NCBI GenBank assembly: GCA_043228905.1
Contig: JBHGNT010000010.1
Location: 9,672,001-9,736,000, forward strand
Source: Azolla caroliniana
Lineage: Eukaryota > Plantae > Polypodiophyta
Length of the DNA: 64,000 nucleotides
Reading direction: 5' to 3'
The position numbers were made by a program, and so were the translations under genes. The notes below the pieces were generated by a model. That model was not told where the DNA came from. It worked only from the letters and a program-made list of their open reading frames with translations, and ran no database searches. Below, one piece after another: positions 11,284 to 23,857 of this stretch. Within the stretch, counting starts at the first letter, position 1. Each line of letters starts with the position of its first letter.

Positions 11284-12572
11284 GTCCAGCCAAAATAAGA
11301 GCCGTTTGGTGGACAACCCTAGATCTGTGCAGCCCATTAGTGGTTCCATTCCCTCTAAGCAAGTTAGTGATGTGTTCGTAGCCCAAGTAATAGTTAGTAC
11401 TAAAAGTACCCCTCTAGTACATGTCCTAGCACTCCTAGATTCCGGAGCTAACTCTTGCTTTATGGATAAGAAATTTGCTCAAGCTCATAAGATATCCCTA
11501 AGAAAACTCCAGTGTCCAGCCTCTGTAGTAGTCATTGATGGACGTCCCATTGCTTCCGGAAATATCATAGAAGAGTCAGAGCCCATTAATATTGTCCTAG
11601 ATAACTTAGCATGTGTAGTATCATTTAATATTATTAGTATCTCAGAACATCCTATAGTTTTAGGATTACCATGGTTCGAGTTACATAACCCAGACATAGA
11701 TTGGAGAATAAGAGAAATCCGGTGTCGACAAACCCAAGGGTCAACTCAGAAGATGGCAACCATTTCGCTACGTCAGTTGCGTAAAGAAGGGAGCAAGGAG
11801 GAAATGTTCCTCTTTGCAATATCAGTAAACCCCTCCAGCACCACTAAAGAAGAATCCACCGTTCAACTTCCCGAGAAGTATCGTCATTATGCCGATGTGT
11901 TCGATAAAGTACAAGCCAACACACTTCCTCATCATTGACCGTTGTCGTGAAGAAACTCGTCCACAAGCGGAATCGGTGCACCGGAGCGTAGGAACCAGCT
12001 CTTCATACACGTGCGCCTTATGTTGTACCTAGAAGATCCTCGGTAGGTAGGAAGTTAATAGGAAACGGCTCCTTCCTTGCCTATAAAAGGAGGGAGACAA
12101 GGAGGGGAGAGGGATCGCGGAGAGTCGAGGACGAAGTGCTGTCGGTTTGCGTGCGAAGGCTTCTCTCTCTCTCTCTTGTTCGCAAACTCGATAGCTTCCT
12201 TCTGTGTAGGTTTCGGGAGGCTCGCGCTGCGCTGAGGAATGCCCGAGTGCTTCCGGCAACACCTCCAACCTGCTCCTGTCTTTCTGTGCGTTTACGAATA
12301 GGCATCGGCATCTGTTCGCCGGCCTGTTCGGTTGTAACCGACTTCGTGTTTTTGTTGCTTCCGTGTTCTTGTTGTTGTCTTTGTTAATACATACATACAT
12401 TCGTGTCTCTCTGTGTCGCTGTCCCACTCGCGTCTTTGTGTCGAAGGGCCGTGTCCCTGTGAATCTACGTTCGCACGTAGTGGGTCTCTTGTCCTTTCTC
12501 TCTTGCTCTTCGGTACAGGACCCCTAAGGTCCCACCTCATTCCACGCATCCGCGAGGAAAACCTCCACATCT

Positions 12573-12589
12573 TGGTGAACCCGACGTGA
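12573..12589 (+). promoter_or_regulatory. Primer-binding site complementary to the tRNA-Trp 3' end
   Basis: TGGTGAACCCGACGTGA is the reverse complement of TCACGTCGGGTTCACCA. The same PBS occurs at 63025-63041 (-) and in degenerate form at 29597-29613 (-) and ~26078-26094. Confidence 0.85.
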
Positions 12590-14715
12590 AGGAGGCGGCA
12601 GAAGAGCAGAAGATGAAGGGGTCGGATCTTGCAGAGGCCATGGCTTCGGCCGTGGATCGGATATTGAGTGCACGCGAGGGCTCCGACGCCCTCGACAGAG
12701 CCATTGAGGCGGTCGTCGGTACGATCGACCGGTTCAGCGGAAAGGATGCCACGAAGTATTTGGCGTCCTACGGGGCAGAAATGCTGATGCGGGACATTCC
12801 GGAAGAGAGGCGTCTTGCCGGGTTTCCTCGAGTGGCGATGCCGAGCATCCATGCGGAGGTGCTCGAGGTGCGGGCGGAGAGCTGTACCTGGGAGGAGTTC
12901 GAAGGCCGACTCCTAGAAAAATACGGGCTGGACGACGCGCTCCGGCTTTCGAAACGAGACTTCATGGAATGGGTGGAGTCCCCCGGCAAGGGAAGAAACG
13001 CATCGGCACTCCTTTGGGAGTTCGAAGAACGCTTTGCGCGCCTTTTGGCGCTTGACCGAACCGTTCTGGATACGAGCCGGGTCCTACTGTTCGTCAAGTC
13101 GGTGGACGAGCGGGACCGGGATCAAGTCGCCTCCTTGCTGGAAACCGAAGACGGGCTGACGACCGACTGGGCTGCGGTTAAGAGAGTCTGTGGCCGTTTC
13201 GACAAACGGCGGGAATGGGCTGACAACGGGGCGGCCGGTGCGGGCTCTGTCACAGCAAGGAGGCTTGAACCGGCACCGCAAGGGCGAAGGGAAGAAACCC
13301 GGGAATGACTCGAAACTGGTCCGGCTTCGACCGGCATGGTCAATGGCTCGTCCGGAGGAGCAGCGCTGGAGGAGTTGACGCGGGCGATAAAGGATCTCCA
13401 GATCGCCCAGACTCGAAGGGAAGGCGGCGAACCGGCTCGTGACCGACGACCGGCAGCAGGGAACAGGTGCATGTGGTGCGACGAGGTCGGCCACATTCGG
13501 AAGGACTGCGGCGATTTCGCAGAGGCGTTGAGGAACCGGGTGGTGTACCTGTGGGAAGGCCGGGTGCACGCCGGCGACACCAGAAGGGCCCTAAACTGAA
13601 ACGACGGGCGAGGAGGAATGAAGAGACTGATGGAAGAGGCAGCGGCCCGACACGTGGAGGCCATCCACTACTCGGCGTCGACCGGCATTCGGGTCGGGGG
13701 CAGCGAGGCCCGAAAGGGGAGCAAAGACGGATTCTGGTCGGCAATGCTGGAAGGCCTGGCCGGCGCACGGTTGAGGAAAGACGAAGCGGACTGCGCCGAG
13801 AGACGGGTCCGGAAAGTAACCGGGTGGAGCGATCCGGTCGAGGAGAAGACGGGCTTTGTAGAAGCCGCCTGCCGGAACTACGAGGCTCTGGTAGAAGACA
13901 AACGAGTGGGGAAAGCCGGAGCGGACGGGTCCTCACAACGGTACGAGACCCGGTTCGGGCAGCGACGGAACGATAACCCCAAGAAGGGCGGATACCGACT
14001 GGGGACGGAAATAGAAAGGACTACGGACCTACGAAAGGTCCTAGAAGAACGGATCCTCGACAGCAAAGTGGAGCTGTCATTGCGGGAGGTGCTAGGGATC
14101 GCCAAGAAGGAGTTCCACGACTCCATTGTGGACTTGGTGAAACGAAAGAGGCTGTCGACGGAGACGGAACCGGAAAGACCGGTGGAGGTGCGGACGACGC
14201 GCATCGACGACATGGCGCTGGAAGATGAGTGGGCGGAGAGCCACTATTCGAGGCCACACTGGGCCCGAGCGACCACGGAGACCCCGGTAAAGATCGGAGA
14301 TGTTCAGGAACCGGTGGTGGCACTGGTGGACCACGGTTCGGAAATAAACCTGATGTCCATGGACTTCTATAAGAAGGGAAAATGGCCGATCAACACCAAG
14401 CACGGGTGGAAGATACGGGCGGCGACGCGCGCCACCGAGGAACTGCATGGGGCCTGCCCGAACGTGCGAGTCAAGATCGGCGACGTCGAGATTGACCAGC
14501 ACTTCTTCGTACAGGAGACGTCCTCGCACCCAGTCATATTAGGTGAACCATACATCACGGCGGCGCGGATGGAGACCAAGGTGCTAGACAACGGTTCGGC
14601 CTATGCGAGGGTCAAAAGCCAGGACGGGCGCCATTCGGTCCAATTTCAGACGGTGCGGCCGAACCACGAGAGAAACCGCGAATCCCTCGGTGGCGAGAAC
14701 CGGGAGGATTTTTAG
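12586..14715 (+). pseudogene. gag: Ylt1-type gag-protease
   Basis: Motifs FSGKDATKYL, CMWCDEVGHIRKDC knuckle, DUF4100-like region and LVDHGSEIN protease. In-frame stops at 13306 and 13597. Confidence 0.85.
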
Positions 14716-15099
14716 AGAGGGTTGCCAAGGCGTGGGGCCGAGACAGCCCGGACACTCGGGAAAGACCCCACGACTGTATGATAGAACCGAAACCGAAGGA
14801 ACCCTGTACGATAAGTAGGAAATTCTACTTCTCCAACAACGGAGGGTGTATGATAGTTGGCATCGTCGGCCGAGAAAAGACAAGGGCGGAAGTGCGACTT
14901 CGAGCGTGCGGAGTTCTCAGCCCGGACGAGGAAATCAGCGGAGCCGTGGAGGCGGTCTCCTTCGATGACACCTTGGGAATGCTGGGGGAGGTAGCCAGAG
15001 AAGACCTTAACGAAGACCGGACGATACCGGTATGTTCCAAGAGATGTACAAAGTCATCGCGAACTTCAGTCGGGGATTGGGTCGGATCGGACGGCCCGA

Positions 15100-18000
15100 G
15101 TTAGCACGAAGTACAAGACTGTGGACCGGAAGGTAAGGCCCGTCGCGGCACCCTTACCGGAGGGCAGCGAGTCCCGAATCAGAGGGGTTGCGTCAGACCC
15201 CAGTTTACGAGATCCGGCCTGCATAGGACACACCTTCACCGACGGGAAGCCCCGGGAGCTCAAGATCGGTGGGGGCGGGTTCCTACTACCGGCGGAGGAA
15301 GACCGGTTTCGGAGAATGCTCGGAAGGCACGGGAAAGCCGGAAGAGATCGGGTGTGTAGACCCGTCGATTGTGGAGCCGATGGTGATATTCACGGTACCA
15401 CATGTGCCGTGGAATCTCAAGCTGATTCCAGTACCGAGAGCTCACATCCCGAAGTTGATGGAGCTCACATCCCGAACCGTCGAGTGCCCCATACTCGAAC
15501 CGATGGTTTATCGTACCAAAGAAAAACGGAACATTGCGCTTCATTCAGGACCTGCAGCCGGTCAACAGAGTGACCATTCGAAACGCAGGAATCGGACCGA
15601 CCATAGACGAGTTCGTAGAGGCCTTCGCCGGAAGGTCGATTTACTCGGTCGGTGATCTGTACTCGGGGTACGACCAGTTCCAGCTAGCCGTGGAGAGCAG
15701 AGACATTACGACGATGCGAACTCCCCTCGGCCTGGTGCGAATGTGTACCCTGCCACAAGGAGGGACCAACTCGGTAGCCCACATGGTGAATGCAATGAAC
15801 AAGGTACTGAGGGATTGCATCCCGGACATCACCATGCCGTTTCTAGACGACATCCCGATAAAGGGGTGCCCGGTGGAAGAGAAGGACGAGACAGTCGGGC
15901 CGGACGGATGACGGCGATTCGTGGCGACACACATCGACGACTGCGAGAAGGTGCTACAAAGGCTAGAGGATGCGAGGCTCACCTTCTCCGGGGAGAAATC
16001 GGCCTTTGGGCAATCGGAAATCCTGGTGGTCGGACACCTATGTGGACCATATGGCCGGAAGCCGTCTCCGGCAAAGGTAGAAGCCATCTCCGCGATGAAG
16101 ACCGACTGTAGCTCGGTTACGGAAGTTCGGAGGTTCCTGGGGGCATGCGCATTCTACCACATATGGATCCCGCATTACGCCCACGTTGCAGAGCCGCTAT
16201 ACGGGTTGCTGAAAAAGGGGCGAAAATTCGAGTGGCAAGACGAGCACACGGAGTCAGTTCGGAAGCTGAAGGAAGCTCTTGCGGCAGCACCGGCGCTCCG
16301 GAAGGCTGTCTACGAGAACGGTACCCCGGTATACATAACGGTGGATACGAGTCCGACCGGGATCGGATGGGTCGTCAACCAAGAAGATGGGGACGGCATT
16401 CGGCTCCCGATCCGATTCGGCGCGAAGGTCCTCAGTGAGCGACAGCGAGGGTACGCCCAGGTTAAACGCGAACTCTGGGGTATCGTTTCGGCAGTAAAGG
16501 CCGACAAAGACTACCTGCTCGGGACAGAAGCGATTATCGAGACGGATTGCCTGCCAATTCTCGGCATGGTTTCCGGATGCGCGACACCGGACCTGGCGAT
16601 GCTCAGGTGGATAGCGTACATCAAGTCCCTGGACCCGGAAATACGGCACATTTCCGGAAAGGACAACGCCATGGCCGACATGCTTTCGAGGGCGAGGTTT
16701 GATAACGAGGGCGGCATGGTTTCGGAGGACGAAGAAGTCGGCGTGGACTTCTTCGAGGCGGCGTACGTGACGACCGATGGGACGAGCACTCCGGCACTTA
16801 ACGGCTTCGACGAGAGCAGGTACGACGGCGAGTGGCTCCAGATCGGTGGATTTTTGAGGACAATGACGCCGGATGCGTCATGGACGAAGGACGAGGCCAA
16901 CCGGATCCAGAAGAAAGCTTACCGATTCTTTCTCCGGGACGGATACTTATGGAAGCACCCGAAGAAGAGGAACGGCGTCCCGCTCCGGGTGGTGGCGATG
17001 AAGGAAGAACAGGAGGAGCTGCTGACGGCCTACCACGACAGCCCCTGGGCTGGACACCGTGGAACGTGGGCCACGTTCGAGAAGATAAAGGGGAAGTACT
17101 GGTGGCCGGGACTGTACCGGGACGTGCATCGGTTCGTGACGACTTGCGAGAGCTGTCAGATGCACTCCGTAGTCCGACATCGGGACGAGCTTCACCCTAC
17201 GTACCCTCCGACCATCCACTTCAAATGGATGGTAGACCTGGTGACGATGCCGATGGGAGTAGGACAGATGCGGTATCTGGTCCTGGCTCGGGAAGATCTG
17301 ACGAACCAGGTAGAAGGCCGGGCCCTTCAGAACAAAACGACCGCGTCCGTATGTTGGTTCCTGATTGAGGACGTGATATGCCGGTACGGGTGCGTCGGGA
17401 AGATCGTGGTTGATCGCGGGGAGTTGGACTCCGAAGAGGCCGAGGAGCTGTTCGACCGGCTAGGAGTCAAGCTCTCGCTTACCACTGCGTATAATCCGGA
17501 GGCGAATGGGAAGGTGGAGCGCGGACACGGGCCGATCGTCAAGGCGTTAGTTCGGGCATGCAGAGGTCAAGTCGGGAACTGGCCGCAGCTGCTGCCTTAC
17601 GCGTTGTGGGCGGACCGAACTACGCACAGTTCGGTAACCGGATTCATGCCGGCAGAGCTCATGTTTGGGCAAAAGTCGATCATGCCGATGGAACGTACGA
17701 TCTCCTCATGGGCAACCGTGGACTGGAGAGACGAGATGAGCCGGGAGGAACTGTTGACGGCGCGCATACGACAACTCGAGCGAAGACCGGAGGACGTGGA
17801 GCAGGCTGCGGAAAAGCTTCGGGTGGCCAGGACGAGGAACAAAGCCCGGTTCGACCGGACGCACCGGCTCCGACTGAAGAAGATCGAGGAAGGCGACTGG
17901 GTGCTAGTCTACGACAGCAGCCTCGACAACCAGCACCGAGCGACACGGAAGTTCGCAAGAAGGTGGTTCGGGCCTTACGTGGTACAAAGCGCCAACGACA

Positions 18001-18170
18001 ATGGGACGTACCATCTGGCGGAACTCGACGGTACGAGAATGGCGATACCGGTAGCGGGGAAGCGGATCAAAGCGTTCAAGAAACGTCACGACGACGAGCC
18101 GGATCCGGTTGACGTGGACCGCGACGACGAACGATCCGAAACCGAGGAAGAACCGACGAGCGAGGAATGA
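15100..18170 (+). pseudogene. pol: Ylt1-type pol (RT-RH-INT)
   Basis: Motifs DLYSGYDQ, LPQGGTNSV, FLDDIPIKG, VDTSP, HDSPWAGHRG..CESC, AYNPEANGKVER and WFGPY. Small deletion/frameshifts near 15340-15530 and a stop at 15909. Confidence 0.9.
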
Positions 18171-21100
18171 AGGCTGGACCGGTTTTCTCCATCCCAAATC
18201 AATTTGGTGCATGCCGGTGGATGCGCGGTTAGGTGGGGGTGGATGTCGTGAAGAAACCCGTCCACAAGCGGAATCAGTGCACCGGAGCGTAGGAACCGGC
18301 TCTTCATACACGTGCGCCTTATGTTGTACCTAGAAGATCCTCGGTAGGTAGGAAGTTAATAGGAAACGGCTCCTTCCTTTCCTATAAAAGGAGGGAGACA
18401 AGGAGGGGAGAGGGATCGCAAAGAGTCGAGGATGAAGTGCTGTCGGTTTGCGTGCAAAGGCTTCTCTCTCTCTCTCTGGTTCACAAACTCGATAGCTTCC
18501 TTCTGTGCAGGTTTCGGGAGGCTCGCGCTGCGCTGAGGAATGCCCAAGTGCTTCCAGCAGCACCTCCAACCTGCTCCTGTCTTTCTGTGCGTTTACGAAC
18601 AGGCATCGGCATCGTGTTTTTGTTGCTTCTGTGTTCTTGTTGTTGTCTTTGTTAATACATACATACATTCGTGTCTCTCTGTGTCGCTGTCCCACTCGCG
18701 TCTTTGTGTCGAAGGGCCGTGTCCCTGTGAATCTACGTTCGCACGTAGTGGGTCTCTTGTCCTTTCTCTCTTGCTCTTTGGTACAGGACCCCTGAGGTCC
18801 CGCCTCATTCCATGCATCCGCAAGGAAAACCTCCACACCGTACGATTGCCCCATCGATTTACAACCGGGAAAAGAGCCGCCATGGGGACCGATTTACAAT
18901 TTGTCATCAACCGAGCTGGAAGTCCTTCGGGCCTATATAGAGGAGAATTTGGAAAATGGTTTCATTCGGCATTCGAAATCTCCAGCCGGCGCGCCCATTT
19001 TCTTCGTAAAAAAAAAAGATGGATCGCTTCATCTCGTTGTAGATTACCGTGGCTTGAATAAGGTTACAATCAGGAATAGGTATGCTCTTCCCCTTATCTC
19101 AAGTCATTTAGAACGGATCAATGGTGCCAGGTTCTTCACGAAGATCGACTTACGGGTCCGACCAAGAGACGAATGGAAGACCGCGTTTCGCACCAGATAT
19201 GGGCACTTCGAGTATACGGTCATGCCGTTCGGCCTCACTAATGCGCCGACAGTCTTCCAGCACATGGCTAATGATATATTCCGAGATCTATTTGATGATT
19301 GTTTGATCATCTATTTGGATGATCTACCGGTTTATTCAAAGACCCAAGAAGAACATGATTCTCATGTACTATTAGTACTAAAACGACTTCGAGAACATGG
19401 TCTGTATGCAAAGTTGGAAAAATGTAGTTTCGGGTGCAACCAAGTGGAATTTCTCGGCTACATCATTTCGTCAGAAGGCATCTCCATGGACCCAGCTAAG
19501 GTCAAAACGGTGGTAGAATGGCAGACTCCACGTTCGGTGCGGGATGTGCAATGCTTCTTAGGCTTTGCCAATTTTTACCGGAAGATCATACAAGATTACT
19601 CAAAGATCGTTCTACCTCTCACACAACTTACCAGGAAGGGACAACCATTCATCTGGTCTGAAGAAATGGACATGGCTTTCGAGAGTCTTAAAAAGGCATT
19701 TACATCGGCTCCAATTCTAGCTCATGTCGATCCGGAAAAACCATTCATTATCGAAGCTGACGCATCGGATTTTGCATTGGGGAGCATTCTGTCACAACAG
19801 GGGAATGATGAGAAGCTACATCCTGTGGCTTTTCACTCACGCAAGTTTGACGCCGCCGAAATCAACTACGAAATTCATGATAAGGAGATATTGGCAATAG
19901 TGGATTCTTTTATGCAATGGAGGCATTTTCTGGAGGGATCCTCTCATCCAGTCACCGTATTTAGTGACCACAAGAATCTTGCCTACTTTCAGGATGCTCG
20001 TGTGTTGAATCGACGTCAAGCTCGGTGGGCCCACTTCCTCACGCGTTTCGACTTCAAAATTACATATCGTCCAGGGAGGCACCAAGGGAAGGCAGATGCA
20101 TTATCACGGTGTTCGTATCTAGCACCCCGTCCCGGCGAGCCAACTTTCGATAACCAAAAAGAAGTCATCTTGGGACCGGCATGACTACAAGCAACACAGA
20201 TCTTTGACATGCCTATGGATTCCTGCGTTATCGATACCATACGTGAAGACTTGAAGACAGATGCGTTCGCCCAAGCTATACTAGCACAAATTGATCCCTC
20301 TCGAGCGTCGTGTTCACAGTCGCAACCATCAGGTACAGACTATCGGCAATTCACATACCATGATGGATTACTCTTCTTTAAAGAACTTTTGTATGTTCCT
20401 AATGGTTCTTGCCGCCTTCGAGTAGTACAAAACTGTCATGACACATATACAGCTGGGCATTCTGGTAGTACTAAAACATTACATTTAGTACAACGAACAT
20501 TCTGGTGGCCCTGTATGCGACAATTTGTCGAGGATTTTGTTCGGACTTGTGATATATGTTGTAGAGCGAAAATGCCAAGGCATCATCCATATGGTTTATT
20601 AGAACCATTACCAATACCAAGCAAGCCGTGGCAATCCATTTCTCTAGATTTCATCACAGATCTTCCAGTCTCTAAGGGGTTCAATGCGATTCTAACGGTG
20701 GTCGATCGATATACGAAGATGGCTCATTTCTTGCCATGTACTAAGGAGATCTCCAGTGAAGACACTGCCGAAATTGTCATGCGTGAAGTATGTTGGCATC
20801 ATGGACTTCCCGATAGTATCATCAGCGACCGTGGACCCCAGTTCGTGTCAAAATTCTGGAAGCACCTTTTTAACATGCTCAAGGTCACTTGTAACCTCTC
20901 CTCCGGCTACCACCCACAAACTGACGGCCAAGCTGAACAAACAAATCAAACGTTGGAGTAGTATCTACGGTGCTTTCTCAGCTATCATCAAGATGACGGG
21001 GCAGATATTCTCCACTTCGCCGAATTTGCCTATAACAACTCTATCCACGCATCCACTAAAGTTACTCCATTTTATGCTTATACGGGATGTCACCCCCGGT

Positions 21101-22110
21101 GGAGTGTACTTGAAACCCCAGAGGTGTCCACAAATCCGTGCGCGGAGGATCGTTTGGAGCAGTTACGCAAGATACAAGTGGATTTATCTACTCATCTCTA
21201 GCAAGCTCAACAAACACACAAGGTCTATGCGGATCGTCATCGACTTCCATCCAGTTTTAATATTGGAGATCGGGTGTGGCTGCTACAACGACACCTCAAG
21301 ACTACTCGTCCATGAGAGAAGTTAGATTATCGGCGATTAGGTCCTTTCTGTATTATTGGACAGATTAATGATGTCGCTTTTCGTCTAGATCTACCTCCTC
21401 AACTTCGGATACATCCGGTGTTTCATAGTTCTCTCCTCAAACCCTACCACGAGAGCACCATCCCAAGACGTCTTATCCAACCTCCACCCCCGATCGAGCT
21501 TGAGGATGGGCCGGAGTACGAGGTTGCCACCATCCTTGATTCCAAGATTGTTCGCAACAAGCTCTACTATCTAGTCGATTGGCTAGGCTATAGCCCCAAC
21601 GAACGTACTTGGGAACCGATCGAGAATGTGACCAATGCTCGTGCTCTTCTTGAAGACTTCCATCGTCAATATCCACACAAAGACTCGAACCCATGACCTT
21701 AGGTTATATGGGTCGAGCTCTTGACCATTAGATCATCCATTGTAATACGTAGGATATTATTTTCATTCACATGTTATTATAGGAAATTAGTGTATATTCC
21801 AGATTTCTCTGGAACATTCTAGAAGCTTCAAGATTACTCCTGAAAACACTATAAAAGAGGGCACTAGGCATTATGTTGAACCAAATTGGTTCAACGCCAG
21901 TCTTAAGCCTTTTGGCCACCATTGTATATTCTCTTCATATAACACATATCTTTCTTATCATCACTCTCTCTCTCTCTCTCTCAATCTCTCTCTTTCTCTC
22001 TGTCTCACTCACTTCTTCCTTCTCTCGAAGAAGTTCCACACCTCTCATAGTACTAATCCTTCGTTTAGTACTAATTCCTTCTCTGTCTCAGTACTGCTCA
22101 TGATAGATAT

Positions 22111-23795
22111 GGGCTCTAACATGTATGGATGTGTACGATTTCCCCGTTCCCTAAAGAATATGGTTTTGTAGTTAGGTGCATCATGTGTAGTATAATGTGT
22201 GAAGCGTGAGCCTCCACATTTGTCTCATGTCATGATACATTGGCATTGCAAAAATGCCTCATTTACAGAGGAATCTAATGATGCATCATGGAGGAAGTGT
22301 CTCGCATCCCATCTACCAAACCATTTTTCTATATCTTGCATCCAAACGGAACACAAAATTTTGCTTTTATGCGTCTTTTTGATCTTTTTGCTTGCTTCCC
22401 ACGCAATTCTAGGAAGTCGATGTGAGGGACTTTTTTGAACCTTAAGCATGTATTCAACAACCATTTCCATGGCCATGATCTCAATGGGAAGCGATCCCGT
22501 CTCAAGGAGGAGGAGGGTGTAGGGCATTTGTTTCTTAACTTGTAGAAACTTGGTAAGAAAATGCTTTTGGACATTTTCAAACTCTTTCCACATAGATTTA
22601 GGGATGCTACCACCCCATACTTCCACCCCATAGAGAAGAACCGATGTCACCAAAGTGTCGAAAAGATATTTCTTGAGGACCCAACACTTAATATCTCCAA
22701 GATTGCATGTGTTCTCAAATGCATAGTATGCTCGCTTACCCGCCTCTAAGCGGCGTGTAGCACATTCATTCGATCTATGATTTGAAGGAACTTCAAAGCC
22801 AAGATATTTGAAGCTTTCCACACATTCAAGTGGCTCATTGTTGTACATGATGCATGGTTGATCTCTTTTTTGGCTCTTCACAAGCATAATCTTTGTTTTA
22901 GAGCTATTGACACTTAATCTAGTATGCATGCAAATTTTTTCCAATGCCTTCATAACCTTTTGTGCATCTCCTAAAGTATTTGCAAAAAGCACTACATCAT
23001 CTGCATATAACAAAAGCATAATCACAACATTCCCAATGGCACCTTCTTCAACACATTCTTCCTTTGCAAACTTGGTAACCAATTCTTCCAATTCATCAAT
23101 GCATAGACCAAATAGTGTTGGTGAGAGTGGGCATCCTTTCTTAACACCAAGAGTGCTTTTGAAAAAAATTGAAAGTTTATCTCTCATGCGCACACAACAT
23201 ATAACCTTCTCATAAATTCGGGAAATTGCAAGCATATATTCACTTAGCACCTCAAGTTCTTCCATTCGCCTCCAAAGATGCTCACGAGGTACCATATCAA
23301 AAGCTTTCTTGAAGTCTACAAAGCAACAATATAAATGTTTACCTCTAAGGCGACTTTCCTCCATTAATACTCGAAGGGTGATAAGGTGATCAATGGTGCT
23401 ATGGTGTTTCCGAAAGCCAGCTTGTCCATAAGCTCTCTTACCACTTTTTTCAGCCCATACACTTATCTTTGATTCCATTATACATCCAAATAGTTTTGCC
23501 ATTAATGAGCCAACCATGATGGTTCGATAGTTGTTTACATTATTTATATCTCCACCTTTATGTAAAGGTTTGATCCAATTTCTAGTCCAATCGTATGGCA
23601 TACCATGTTGCAATGCATCATTAAACATATCGCTTATCCATATATGTGCTTCCTTTCCCGTCCATTTGAGCATTTCAGCCTTTATACATTGAAGATCGCT
23701 TTCCTTTCGAGAGGCCAATTTCTTAAGTCCTATGCATATATCTTCAATTATAAAGAAGGGAGGCATATGTGAACGAGAACCATAACACATCATCC
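22111..23795 (-). pseudogene. LINE ORF2 reverse transcriptase (all RT motifs)
   Basis: 541-aa ORF with NYRTI, QAGFR, FVDFKKAFD, GCPLSP, LYADD and FKYLG. Premature stop at 22225. Confidence 0.92.
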
Positions 23796-23857
23796 TTTCG
23801 GCAAGAGAGACAAAGAGAGGGAGAGAACATAAACAGTAAACTGTATTCAAAAAACGT

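Larger units (their letters stand above)
11943..18837 (+). mobile_element. Non-chromovirus Ty3/gypsy (fungal-like, Ylt1-type), full length
   Basis: LTRs 11943-12569 and 18244-18837 (TG..CA; the 3' copy has a ~33-bp deletion). 4-bp TSD CCGT (11939-11942 / 18838-18841), tRNA-Trp PBS, PPT at ~18231-18243. Confidence 0.93.
11306..21696 (+). pseudogene. pol: Chromovirus pol, interrupted at 11943-18837
   Basis: Protease LLDSGAN (11306-11938). The HRPYDCPIDL motif is split by the insertion. RT/RH at 18842-20184 (MPFGLTNAP, YLDD, ADASD), integrase 20209-21300, chromodomain [21 protein letters not shown] at ~21515-21625. Confidence 0.92.
9622..22105 (+). mobile_element. Ty3/gypsy chromovirus (Tcn1-like) carrying a nested gypsy
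   Basis: 5-bp TSD GATAT (9617-9621 / 22106-22110). 5' LTR TGTCATGA..TCATGACA at 9622-10048; 3' LTR ~21680-22105 with its start and the PPT deleted. Domain order gag-PR-RT-RH-INT-chromodomain. Confidence 0.95.
9236..23800 (-). mobile_element. RTEX-like LINE copy 2 (5'-truncated), split by the 9622-22105 insertion
   Basis: 3' end at 9236-9621 and the remainder at 22106-~23800 are contiguous across TSD GATAT and near-identical to copy 1. The (CT)n tail merges with the array microsatellite at 9213-9230. Confidence 0.9.

Noticed and set aside
9990-11405. Recurrent TAGTACTA palindromes in the chromovirus
   Set aside because: They are short and irregularly spaced, and cannot be distinguished from compositional bias without statistics.
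12029-18910. Many overlapping antisense and alternate-frame ORFs
   Set aside because: They are shadows of GC-rich gag-pol and LTR sequence with no independent motifs. The same applies to 39500-44000 and 53500-57500.
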